NCBI GenBank assembly: GCA_028534125.1
Contig: CM052816.1
Location: 46,316,001 to 46,380,000, forward strand
Source of the DNA: Lama glama
Lineage: Eukaryota
Direction of reading: 5' to 3'
DNA length: 64,000 nucleotides
The notes below the pieces were generated by a model. It saw only the letters and a list, made by a program, of their open reading frames with translations. It did not search any database and was not told the origin of the DNA. The stretch's first letter is position 1, and every line of letters begins with the position of its first letter. The position numbers were made by a program, and so were the translations under genes. This document shows positions 1 through 12,045 of this stretch, piece by piece.

Positions 1-29
1 ACCCAATGGACAGACCTCCTTGTCCTGGC

Positions 30-1200
30 TATGACAGCTTATCGGGTATTGTGGAATAGTTCTCCTGCAATAAACAACTGTGAATCTAGGCAAAAAGTAA
101 AAATCAACTGATTTCAGACTTTGTATAACAGACAGTACAGGGATTTGGATCCTTGAGGAAAGGTAAACACACAGATTTACTCCATTATTCTGCTTAGGGA
201 CGTTTCAAATTGTAGCACAGGGAACTAGAGTCCAAACAGAGAGAACTGGTCTGTCCAATGAGAGGCAAGAGAGGACAGGTTCAAGGCTGTGACATGGCCA
301 GAATTTGGAGAGCAGGGTATCAGAAAGCAGGGAGCAGCACAGACAAGGAGCCCCAGGAATCTGCACAGGGATCCCCTTCCATCTTTGGCTAAATAATAAG
401 CTGCACACACGCAGAGTAAAACTCCACAAGGCCTGGAAAACCGTAGTTACTAAGGGACAATGAGGAGCATGGAGACTGTAGAGTGTACTTGGTACTGGAA
501 TACACTGGAGACCTGAGAGAGGAGAGAGGAGACAGCCAGAGTAGAGACATCTCTCTGAAAAACCCAGTCATCCAGCTGAAATCTTAGAGAGGCCATACCT
601 TAAGAATAGGACAAGTCTAGCCCTAAAGTGAGAGCTACTCTAGAACTATTTAAACAAAGCCTAAATCTAAGCCTCTGCAGAATTAAGCTGAGCCACCAGC
701 AAATGAACAGCCTGCTAGAACAAATCTCAACATTTTTTAAAGACAGAATAATGTAGGCTTCAAGTACCATAGTAGTCACAACGCCCAAATTCAATCAGAA
801 TTTACTGGATATTCAAAGACAACTTTTAAAAAATGACTCACAACCAAGAAAATTAGACTGAACAGAAATAAACCCAGATGTGACACACATGTTGGAATTA
901 GCCCAGTGACTTTAAAGCAGTTAATATATATATTTCACGAATTTAAATACAAAGGTAATGTGTGAAAAGATGGAAATATATTCCTCAACAGAGCAATATA
1001 AACTATGAAAAGAAAAAGCAATAGAAATCTTAAAACTGAAAATGATATAATTTAAATAAACATCCCAAATTCACAAAGCTTAACAGCAGATTGCACATTT
1101 TATCAGTTAATAAAAACTAAATTGGAGCACAGAGAGAAATTTACTGACTTATGACACAGTATCAAGTGGTCTTACATTCATATGATAAGATCAGAGATAG
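30..1200 (+). mobile_element. Ancient L1 (L1M-type) 5' region and decayed start of ORF1
   Basis: A-rich + strand text resembling old L1 5'UTR/ORF1 (e.g. 'aactatgaaaagaaaaagcaatagaaatcttaaaactgaaaatgatataa', 'cttaacagcagattg'); no intact ORF. Confidence 0.6.
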
Positions 1201-1234
1201 GAAATGGCAAAAGAAACCCGTGGAGGAAAAAAAA

Positions 1235-1423
1235 TCCAAGCAGCAGTTACCTCTTTGTGGGAGGAATTAGCTGCAAAAGGACAGGAGGGAACATTTTGAG
1301 AAGGAAATGTCCCATATTTTGATAAGTATGTGGGCCATGGAGTTGTATTTCTCAAATCTCACTGAACTATATTCTTATGGTCTGTGTTTTTCACTGTTTG
1401 TAAATTATACTTTTAATAAAAAA
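1235..1423 (+). mobile_element. Old L1 (L1MC/L1ME-like) 3' terminus
   Basis: 'cagttacctct...gaacattttg...ttcactgtttgtaaattatacttttaataaaaaa' resembles the typical L1M 3' end with poly(A) signal. Confidence 0.7.
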
Positions 1424-1499
1424 GGGGACAATGACCAATTAGTATTGTAAGCACCAAAATACTGGCAATCCCCTTATTATCCACGAAATCGTGTTTACC

Positions 1500-2320
1500 T
1501 CTAGCTCTCAGTGTGACAAATTGTTAGTTTCATCTCCTCTCTCTATAATTTTTTAAAGTCTCTTAGTGATCCTTTTCTTCACTCCCTTGTTAAATATTCA
1601 TATTTCTAAGTTTCTGTCTTTGGCCCTCTTTTATTCCAATTGCATACATCCTTTCAGTATCTAGGATATGATTAGTATAGTGCAAGCATTCCGTTCTGGC
1701 TGGCTGGCTGGGTAGCTAGCTAAATAATGAGTACTCTTCTGTTTTTATTCATTTGATTTATATGTCAGCAACTCCTCCAGGTGCTAAAGATGCAATTGTG
1801 AACACAACCAAAAAAAAAATTTGTTTCTAGTGTTCACATTCTATTTATAGTAAAGTTTGGGTTCAACTACCAAGTTCAAGCATACCTACCTCCAATTTTG
1901 CCTTCTAAGTCACTGCCAGAGTAATATGAAGATCTGTATCTGATTTGTTACTCCTATATAAAATCTTTTTGATATTTAATGTTCATAAGTTTATGTATAC
2001 TTTTTGGCATGTTCAACCACATCTCTACCTTAACATCCTATGTTGTAGTCATATAAATTTTGTTTTTGTTTCATCTCTCACTGTGTCTTTGCGTAAGGGA
2101 TTCCTTCAGTCTAGAACATCCTCCCTCCTCTCAATCTCCACTCTCAATGTCTCCCTCCAGAATCCTCCTTATTCATTCTTCAGAGATCTCTTGACATTTT
2201 CTTGACCTCACAGACAGAGTTAAAGTTTTCTCCTCAAGGTTTCTTTCCAGTACTCCCCTAGTTACTTGTGTACAGGTTTGTGTCTGTAAACTGAGTGTTG
2301 ATACAGATTACCCTGTGGAC
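1500..2320. mobile_element. Fragmented L2 LINE pieces
   Basis: Pyrimidine-rich L2-like text on +, plus a reverse L2 3' end near 1740-1850 ('attcatttgat...ccaggtgctaaagatgcaattgtgaacac'). Confidence 0.5.
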
Positions 2321-3180
2321 ATGTAAGAAGCGACGCAGTAGAAGAATTAGAGGTGCAGCACCAAACAAGGTGCTCCAGAAGAGCCTATCTAGCGGGGAGC
2401 AGAGGGAAGAGTAGGATGTCCAAAAGCAAAATTGGAACCCAGTATTTAGGAACAGATGCCAAGGGACATTAGCCATCTACCAAATCCACAGCCACCTACC
2501 AAGTACAACAGACTGGATTCTATCCACATCCAGATGCCAGAGGCATGTATCCTTGAGGCGCTAGGAATAAAAAGGGCTATTAACCAACAGATGGCTGACC
2601 AAAATTTATACAAAGATAGTTAATGATCAAGAACACTGGAAGTGGGGGACATAAGATTTTTGAGTTTGAGTGCCTTCAAATTCAAAAAACTTCTGACAAA
2701 TTTTGAATTCTATTTAATCCTCAGTAGACTAGAATAATACTGTTGTCATTTAATTGGCTATGTGATACAGGCAGCTGATAGGAGCTACTTTGGGAACATA
2801 GACTGATACCTTCTCCAAAAAAACAAAACAAGACAAAAACTTGGTATACTTGTTAATAAGCCTGTTTCTCCTTTTAAGCAGTGAGGTCCTTGAAAACCAC
2901 ACTAAGTTCTTCTCTGTGTTTACTATTATGTGTGCCCCATCATAGGCACTGAAAATTCTCTTTTAATAATTAACCATTTTCAGTGAGCAGAGCAGTATTT
3001 ACACAAAGCATCCTTTAGTCCTTAAACATGTACTCTTCGTTTGGTATTGTGATGGGTTTTGTTGTCATGAGAACATTTTGCCAATTAAAATTCTGTGAAG
3101 AAAGTAATCTAAAGATGTTAAATCCAAATGTCAAACAGATTAGCTCAAAATTAATAAGCTTTATATTGCATAGATAATGC

Positions 3181-3575
3181 TTTTTAAAAATTTGATTTAA
3201 AAAATTTTATTTTTATTTATTTTTAAATTTATAGTTGATGTACAGTATTACCTAAGTTAGAGATTTACAACATAGTGATTCACTATTTTTAAAGGTTATA
3301 TTCCATTAGTAATTGCCACAAAACACTGGCTATATTCCCTGTATTCTATGATACATCCATGTAGCTTATTTATTTTATACATAATAGTTTGGACATCATA
3401 GTCCCCTACCCCTATTTTGCCCTCCTCACTTCCCTCTCTCTATTGGTAACCACTGATTTATTCTCTGTATCTGTGAGTCTGTTTCTTACTTGTTATATTC
3501 ACTAGTTTGTACTATTTTTCATATTTCACATATAAGTGATATCATACAGTATTTATCTGTCTTATTTCACTTATA
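3181..3575 (-). mobile_element. 5'-truncated L1 3' UTR, cetartiodactyl-type, with poly(A) tail read as a T-rich tract
   Basis: T-rich tail at 3181-3230, then 'ggctatattccctgt...ggtaaccactgatttattctctgtatctgtgagtctgtt...catataagtgatatcatacagtattt', the reverse complement of an L1 3' UTR. Confidence 0.85.
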
Positions 3576-3655
3576 ATTCTGATTTCCTCTTTCTCAGTTT
3601 ATTCTCTCAATTTGGTGGAACACCTTCTGATACCTTCTTGAGAGCAGTGCATGGG
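3576..3655 (-). mobile_element. Fragment of older HAL1/L1ME ORF1 between two younger L1 pieces
   Basis: 'tttattctctcaatttggtggaacaccttctgataccttcttgagagcagtgcatggga' resembles reverse-strand HAL1/L1ME ORF1; similarity appears to resume near 4995-5040. Confidence 0.5.
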
Positions 3656-4995
3656 AGTGGAGTCATAGAAGAGTGCAAGACAGAGGAGTATAAAGACCCC
3701 GAGCTCACTTCCTCTCACGAGCACACCAAAATCACAACTACTGGCAGAACAACTGTCAATTAAAAAGATTGGCATCTACCAGAAAAAAATCTTCTATAGC
3801 TAAAGACATAAAGAAGGAACCATAACGAGACAGGTAGGAGGAATGGACTGGCAATATAACCGAGTGTCATACCCCCAGGTGGGAGACCCACAAACTAGAA
3901 AATAATTACATTGCAGGGGTTCTCCCCAAGGAGCTAGAGGTCTTAGCTCCATGACGGGCACCCTAGCCCAGGCGTCCTGCAACAGGAAGACGAGCCCCCA
4001 GAGCATTTGGCTTTGAAGGCCAGTGGAACTTACTACTTTCAGGAGTCCTAGAGGGCTACGGAAAATAGTCCACTCCTAAAGGGCACACACAAAATTTCAC
4101 ATACTCTGGGACCCAGGGAAGAAACAGTAATTTGATAGGAGCCTGGGTCAGACCCACCTGCTAATCCTGGAGAGTCTCCCAGAGACAACTGCAGCTCACC
4201 CTAAGGACACGGACACTGGCAGCAGCCATTCTTGGGAGCTCATGCTATCACATGGCCACTGGTGCTAGAAAGTGCCATTGTGGAATCCTCCTCCTAGCTT
4301 ATTAGCCCCAGGACACAGCCCTGCCCTGGCCCTTCTGCCTGTAGGCACCAGTGCTGGGATGCCTCAGGCCAAGCAACTAACTGGGTGGGGACACAGCCCC
4401 ACTCATGAGCAGACAGGCTGCCTAAAGACCCTTTGGGCCCACAACTGCCTCTGGGCCTGGCCCTGCCCACCAGAGGGCCCAGGACCCAACTCCACCCACC
4501 AGCGGGCAGGCATCAGTTCCAGAATGCCCTGGGCCCCAGGCCTGCCCTCCAGGAAGCCTGCTCTAGTCTCTGGATCAGCCTCCCCCACCAGGGGACTGAC
4601 AACAGACACAAGAAAACCACAGTCCCTCAGCCTGTGGCCCAGCCTGCCCTAGGACCAGCTGGGCCCTGGCCCCGCCCATCAGCAGGCCAACCCCAGCTTT
4701 GTGGCACTCTAGACCCTGTGCTCAACTGTGTCGAGAGCCCTCCTCTCCTACCAGAGATCTGACACCAGCTCTGGGACCCTGGGCCTTGCAATCAGACTCC
4801 AAAACCCGGCTCTGCCCCGGACCTGGCCTCACGCACCAGTGGGTGAGCAACAGCCCTGGAGTCTTCTGGACCCTAACTCCACCACCAGTGAGCTAGCACT
4901 AACCTTGGGGACCCCCAGGGTTCCACACTCAGCCAACTCCCAACCTGGTCCTGCCAACCAGTGGCCAGCAGCCACCGCACAAAGCAGGGCCTGGC
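3656..4995 (+). mobile_element. L1 5' UTR (laurasiatherian type), GC-rich, with no following ORF1
   Basis: 'gagctcacttcctctcacgagcacaccaaaatcacaac', 'gggagacccacaaactagaaaataatt', 'agagcatttggctttgaaggccag'; C-rich internally repetitive 3' half that generates the Pro-rich ORFs at 4272-5024. Confidence 0.8.
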
Positions 4996-5079
4996 TTCTT
5001 TACTCTGTATTTTTCATCTCATGACTGATTATTCTAGTATCAGTTATAATTACTATTTAAGTGTATGAAGTATTTTGTC

Positions 5080-5335
5080 CATGCTGTTCTGTGGAACACT
5101 GACTCAAGGAAATATTAACAGATGTACCATGTAAGGAGAGAAATTTTAGAAGCACAGCCATTCTGATCTCTCTCTAGAAGATTCACAATGCACACCAATA
5201 TATTAGTCTCCAAGGAGTTCTATGGGGGAGAGGGTGATTTTTAATACATAGACCTCCACATAGTTCATCACAAAATACTTACTTTACGACAAGTTAATAA
5301 CCTTTGGGACAATGGTTTCTAAGGGTAACAGTTTA
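5080..5335. mobile_element. hAT-Charlie-type DNA transposon relic (Charlie4z-like)
   Basis: 'ctgttctgtggaacact...tattaacagatg' and 'gattcacaatgcacaccaatatatta' motifs. Confidence 0.55.
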
Positions 5336-6621
5336 AGAGATTTCTTCTAAAGAATAGTAACTGTGTTCTTTACAAAGACATGGAACCAAATATAGTGAAA
5401 TTATGGTAGGCCTCAGATTCAGAAGTCACAGGTTCAAATCAGTTATGAGTCTCATTCTGGGAAAGTTCTTTAATCACTCTGAAGATTATAAAGATGTCTC
5501 ATAGGTACAGGGTGCACAACAAATACTGGTTTTATTTTTCTTACTTTATAATCCCCTTCCACATTCTGATGATGGACCAAATACTGGACTAGGAGGCCAG
5601 CTGGGGTTGACCATCCCTTAAACAAGTAGGGTGCCTTGCTGGTAGCACCTGTGCTTCTGGGGAGCCAGGTGGGGCAGAGTGATATTGAGACCAGGCAGAA
5701 GATAAGTGGGGAAGTGGTTATTCCACCCACACATTCTCACATGTCACAAAATGCAGCTGGTGATTATTCTCTCAGGAGACGGCTACTAGCATGCATACCA
5801 ATGAAAACAAGTTCTCGTGTCTTGTTTGGCACGTGTGTCTTAATTACTGACCCCTTCTCTGAGGAATGCAACAGGAACTTCTCTCCTTTTCTGCGAAACA
5901 ATTATAAAATTGGCCAGAAGATTTAAGTCAGTAATTTTCAGACATAATACCTGGAGGTTTCTTTAGGCTGTAAGCACAGTATCAGCTGTAGGGTTTTTCT
6001 TTTAAATTATCCAGTGCTAGTTATAAATGAAAATGTTGAGTGAGTACTGTATCTTTTGAATTTCATCAAGTTGTGAACAGATATGCCTTCTCACAAATTT
6101 TTAACAGATGAGGCTTTAACCTAAGAGCTTTTTAAATCAGTTTCTTCATCTTGCTGTGTCCTAAGAAAAGACTGGCATGGGCAAGCATTTTGGTGCAAGG
6201 AGTGTCCTGATTAGAACAGAGCTTAGTCCCACTGTGCCTCTCCCCAGCCCACCGCTACCCATGGCAAAGCATGAGCCGAAGAACACACAAGCCGTTTCTT
6301 CCTTAGGAAAAAATTCACGTTGTCAGTTTTCCCCACAAATCAAACATAGCTTCATAAAGATCACAGCAAATTGAGGAATAGGGGTTAAAACTTGCAAAAG
6401 ACTGAAAACTAAATTTAAAAAATAAAACTAGATTTTTCTCTTGACAATCTAGAGTAATGTTATAGGATCCAGAACCTACACATTTGTAGGGAGTAGTTCT
6501 GTAGTCAAACCCAATGTCAGAAATATTGTGGCTGGTAGGGTGCCTCTGCGTGGTGTGGACGCCTGGGTTTCATAAGCACACGGAAATCTCTACAAATAAA
6601 AAGTCAACCCAGTGATGTTAC

Positions 6622-6731
6622 TCATCCTTTCTCTCTTTTTTTCATCTCTTTCTTTCCTTCTTTCCTCCCTTCCCTCCCTCCCTTTCTCTTTCTCCCCTAC
6701 TCTCTCTCCTTGTGTCTCTCTCTCTTTCTAG
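6622..6731 (+). repeat. CT-rich low-complexity polypyrimidine tract
   Basis: ~110 nt almost entirely C/T, ending in 'ctag'. Confidence 0.85.
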
Positions 6732-8384
6732 AGAATATGAAACAGTTCCAGATGGTGAGCAAGTGGCCAGACTCAAACAAGCTGCAAAGCTTGCTGGCAC
6801 GAGAGAACCTGCTCCGCGGTGACATACAAGTGCAGAATCCCCACAGTCCTGCTTCCTGATGAAACTGGAAAGAACAAACCAACAATAGAGAAATGAGTAC
6901 TGTAATTTATCTTGGAGGCCATTTAGGTTGTTTATCCCAAACTACATTTTGATTCCAGTTACAGTTTAATTATGAGTATTTGTTCTCTAACAGAGACTAA
7001 ACAAAGGGTAACTATTTTCTTTTATCTTTTTCTTTGTTATGAAAATTTCAGTTTCATGTTTGCCTCTCCTCTCTCTTTAAATAGTGTCTCATGCTATGTA
7101 AACGCACTCAGCTCAATTTCTTCCCATTCGGATGAAGTCTCTAAAACAAACTAACGATAAGAAAGAGCAGAAGTTTTTACATATAAGAAATGTGTGACTT
7201 AAGAATGCCTTATGTATTTCCTTAAGCTTTTATTGCATATATGTGACAATGTAAATTTTCAGAGTGGAAGAAGCCCACTGAGCTTTGATACCCATCTCGA
7301 GCAATAACTGGCAAGCTGTTTTGTTTCTGATCATGAAATGGGAAGTTAATAAAGATACAGAACGAGTGTGGGTTCTGCTCATTCTCTTCTGTGTGCTTCG
7401 CACAGCTTCTGTCCCAGACCAGCGCTGACACATCTGCCTGGTCTCAGAGCCCACATTCTAGTTACGGAACATGTTCTGTATCTGTTTCTGCAACTGTTCC
7501 AACTCTACTTTCAATACATAATTTTTACCAAATACTTTGCTGAGGAGATTTTTCTTCCGTCTAAAACCCCCTGCACTGTGCCTGCTACTGCTTCCTCAGG
7601 TGGGAAATAATGTTTCCCTCTATATGTCCTGTACATAAACCCTCTGAGACTTGCTCAGCTATCTCTGGGTTCCACGCAAATTGTAGTGATGAAGAATATT
7701 TAATAACCACTTCTTTTTAGGCAGAAAAAAACAAAACAAAACAAAACAAAACACTTCCAGATTGGGTTGAAGCTGAAATCAAATCCTACATTGCTTAATT
7801 GATTAATAATTAAAAATTTTAAATATATAAACTGTTGTGTGTAATAATTTTAAAAACTCCTTTGCTATAGAGGATCCATAATTTTAATATTTAATTCACA
7901 CTTATGACCATGGAAGTAATACATTTTAATTGTTTTCAACTATCACTTGCATTATTGATCAGTTTTTTTTTTTAAGTAAAACTTTATTTTGGGGTCAATT
8001 CTGTATTTTTGACCTTACTCCCACTGCAGTCTGTGTTTTGCACTTTCTTGCTTTTTATTTTGTCATAAAAGATTTTCATATTTCAGTTCAGATCAACTAG
8101 GGCTGCCACATGAGTTCAGCGATACTATCTAACACAGTTGATTAAAATTTTGAATAAAGAAGAAATAAGCATAGCTTTAGTTTATCAGTGATAATATGGA
8201 TTTCATTCTATATGTAACAGTAAACGTAGATTGTATTAAGTTGGTTTTATTTTTCAGAAATTTGTCTTTGATCTTTGAGCAGTGAAAAGTACTTTGAAAT
8301 ACATATTCAATGTTCAGTCTTTATTGATCCCAATTCAAACTCCTCTGCCTACAGTCCACATATTCCACATGACACCAGATGTTT

Positions 8385-8650
8385 TCAGATAAGGGGTTGA
8401 GGGCATTTGCTTTGGATTGACAAAATTCCAGATTAAAATCTCAATTTAGTTATTTACTACCTGTTAGATGTTCAAGTCACTTAAATGTCTGAGTCTCACT
8501 TTTCCAACCCTAAAATACAGATACTAATATTTACCTCATAGGTGTGTCATCAGTTTTATAAAATATAAACTTATAAACATATATACTATAAATTAGAAAT
8601 ATTCAGAAAACACATGGAACAGGATAATTATGGTTATTATTAATACTGTT
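8385..8650 (+). mobile_element. MIR SINE
   Basis: 'caagtcacttaaatgtctgagtctcacttttccaaccctaaaatacagatactaatatttacctcataggt' resembles the MIR core. Confidence 0.7.
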
Positions 8651-9464
8651 ATTTCCATGCAATAATTTGACACAAATTTTAATTCAATAAATTTGAATAT
8701 TTAAAATAGCACTTCTACTTAAATGGATTTGTAAGTTAGCAAAAAATGTTATTCTACCAAGAAAATGAACATCATACTTAGGCACTGACTTCTTGAAAAC
8801 TATATTTAAAGAAAGGTTTTTTATTACATGGTGACAACTATAAAATTTTAATATAATCATTAAAAGAAGGAGCTTTCTCATGGTTTCTCAACTTGAAATG
8901 TTTAAAGAATCATAGGACAAAACTTTGAAAGGAAGTTACTTTTATGGATACCTGAGGGCTCCTGGATCTACCTTGGAGACCCACATTAAAAAAAAAAAAA
9001 GCTGATTTCTTCTAAAGGGTAATGTAATCTTTAATTTGAAATATGATTATATTTTTTGTCAAGAAATTTCGGAATGAGAAAGAGATTGAGTCTACTTTGA
9101 GATTAAGATGTTGAATACCTTTCTCAAAGCTTATTTTTAAACACATTACTCTGCATTTATTTAGTGTTTAAATAGTGTTACCCACATGGTCATGAGCTCA
9201 TATACATTCAGAACTCTGCCAGTGAACTTCCAGTGAGGTGCTCACAGGAGCACCTTCACTGATGTAACATCAAGGGCCCCCAACTCTTACAGTCAGTAAG
9301 TGAGTTAATACAGAAGGTCAAACGGCAGACCTACCATTGGAAAGAGAATCTCAAAATATAAATACAATTTACTTAAATAGACTATATTTATTTGCTGGAA
9401 GTAAATTTTCTGAAAAGAAAGCTCATGATCTGGACTGTCTGGTTCAAAAGTGAGTATTTGGTGA

Positions 9465-9760
9465 CTCTATTTACAACAAACACTTATCAAGTGCTAGCCA
9501 GGAACCAGGCAAGGTGCTGGAGACCCACCAATGAGTAGAATACATATTCCTGTCCTAAAGGATATCACTACTTCTGGAGACAGATGCATAACAAATATTC
9601 GGAGCATGTTAATTGTTACTGCAGAGAATGTGTATGGTCCATGGAGACACAGTTGGAGAGTACGCAGCCCAGATTCTACTAAACCAGTTTGTGGGAAAAT
9701 TCTTAGAGGAGGTGGTATAGTCAGGAGGGACATATGGACAACGAAGGGCTTGATAACAGA
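9465..9760 (-). mobile_element. L2 3' end
   Basis: 'caacaaacacttatcaagtgctagccaggaaccaggcaaggtgctggagac' is the reverse complement of an L2 terminus. Confidence 0.65.
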
Positions 9761-10761
9761 AGAATCAACGTTGCTTCAGTTATATGCTTCTCTTTAGTTC
9801 CTGTGAGAAACAGAGATCAGTATCTGAGCAACACTGACTTAAATGTGGCAGGCAATTGACAGAGCCTATTTAGGCTTGGATAAAATGGAAAGGAAACTCT
9901 CAGGTGGAAACTACTTTACCTTTTGTTTTCCAGATAGTCTGTTTGCTGCTGCCCTACCACTGGTTTGAAAACAGATTTTTGAAGCATTGTCTGCTTAGTA
10001 TCTCCTGGTTTATCCTTCGCTTTGAACTAAGAGTTACTGCGAAGAGTTCATGTTTCTGGTGCTTCTCCTGTCTCACTTACTTTATATAGAGAAACTCTCT
10101 TTCTTTTTAAATGTAATGAATAAAATACATTATTTCTTTAATAAATAAAACTATTCCTAATGCACTTTTTTTCTTTTGAATCTATCTTAATGAGGAGGCA
10201 TTTGCAGTATGCTCCTACCCTCCCAAAGAACTACAATGGTAGGAAACTGGCTACATGCAGAACTCATTTTATGCTGCCAAACCCTTGCAGCCTCCTCAGA
10301 TTGTCAACAGGAAGTGGGAGTTCCTTGACCACAAAACCTTTGGAATTGCTAGTGTATTTGAAAATACAGTGAATGGGATTTCCTAATGTCTCCTCTCAGA
10401 GTTTGGCAACTGGGGTGGTGACCAGAGAATTCTTGATGCTGAGCCCTCAGGTCTGGACCGTGTTTCCTGTTCATTATCCTGTAGCCTGATGCTGGTAGTT
10501 TTAAAGTTCCAATACAAGGAACATCTGTTTGAAACTTTTTTTTTTCTTTTAGCACTGAAGAGAATTCTCACTGACTGTTGGGGTGGGCTCTACTGATGAG
10601 ATAATATTAATTTCTGTCATTCTTTGGATCATGCTGATATATGCAGAGAGAGCTGTTTTTGAATGCAAAACCATCAATGCAATGTATTAAGTAGTACTGA
10701 CTGTATACTCCAACACATAGACCACTGCAGTCACGAACAACCAAGTAGAAGCATAAAACTT

Positions 10762-11202
10762 TATCAGTCTGGGTCCCCTAGAGGCAGATGTGAAGACAGA
10801 ACAGGAAGCGCAAGTGATTTATTGGAAGAAATGCCTGTGGAAAATAGAGGAGAGAGTAAGCAAGAAGGGAGGGAAGACTTTCACAGGTGTCATACCTGCA
10901 TCACAGTCTGAAAGAAGAGGGGCAAGAAAGAAGAGTCTTGAGTTAAAAGAGACCCAGATGGCTGTACAGCTCTTGGAAAGTCTTAGCTGGGCCAGTGGGT
11001 AGCCCCAGGGCAAAAACTGACTATTAGCTGGGGAGCTGCAACAAGGCTGGAGTCAAGTTTCCCTACAGTGCTCTGTCACTGACTGACAGAACACAACCTC
11101 AGCATGAATGAACACGTGGCAGCTGAACACTGTCAGGTAACTCCTCACAGCGGGTTCTCTCTGAAGGAAGATCCTGAGCAGGGCATATCCATGGCTGCCA
11201 TA
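10762..11202 (-). mobile_element. Solo ERVL LTR (LTR16-like)
   Basis: 'gtctgggtcccctagaggcagatg...gcaagtgatttattggaagaaatgcctgtg' through 'gatcctgagcagggcatatccatggctgccata'. Confidence 0.7.
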
Positions 11203-11534
11203 CTAGTCTTTCACAGTATTTTCCTTCCTATCATGGAAGTCTCACTTACAAGGGGAAAAAAAAGGTGGGGGTAGATTTCAAAAACCATTACACTATAACT
11301 ACAGCAGTATTTTGTAGTAATTTTCACAAAATAATTATTTAAAGTTTATTGAAAGAAATAAATTTCAAAGTTCCACTAAAAGAAAGTCCTGCTAAAAGTG
11401 TTAATTATTTAAGACTGATAGTTTTGACCTTAAAATATCTTAGAGTCATTTAATTTTTCCAACACTAATATGAAGTTTGCAAAGATAATTAAAGATACAT
11501 TTTGTTTGAAAAAAGTTTATGATTTTATTTCATT

Positions 11535-12045
11535 ATTGCATTAAAAAGGAGAATACTCTTGCCCTATGAGACAACATGGATGGACCCTGAAGGCATTATG
11601 CTAAGTGAAGCAATGAGACAGAGAAAAACCAATACTGTATGATCTCACTTATAATGTGGAATCTAAAAACAAACAAAAAGCTCATAGATACAGAAAGCAG
11701 ATTGGTGGTTGCCAAGAGGTGGGGGGAAGGGGATGGGGAGATGGGAGATGGGCAAAATGGGTGATGGTGGTCAAAAGGCACAAACTTCCACAATTAGAAA
11801 ATAAATAAGCCCTGAGGATGTAATGAATAGCGTGGTGACCATAGTTAATAATAATGTATATTTGAAAGTTTTAAGGAAAGTAGATCATTAAAGTTCTTAT
11901 CATAAGGAAAATATTTGTAACTGTATGGTGATGGATGTTAGACTTACTGTGATGATCATTTCACAATATATAAAAATATCATTTGTACACCTGAAACTAA
12001 TATAATGTCATATATCAATTATATCTCAATAAAAAAGAAAGAATA
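11535..12045 (+). mobile_element. L1MA/L1MB-type 3' end with poly(A)
   Basis: 'acaacatggatggaccctgaaggcattatgctaagtgaa...gatctcacttataatgtggaatct...tgtacacctgaaactaatataatgtcatatatcaattatatctcaataaaaaa'. Confidence 0.9.

Noticed and set aside
3181..4995. Single twin-primed (5'-inverted) L1 made of the reverse 3' UTR and the forward 5' UTR
   Set aside because: About 80 bp of older HAL1/L1ME-like host sequence separates the pieces and appears to resume after 4995; I found no shared TSD, so two separate events are more likely
4272..5024. Overlapping Pro-rich ORFs of 65-126 aa
   Set aside because: They lie inside the GC-rich L1 5' UTR, where stop codons are scarce
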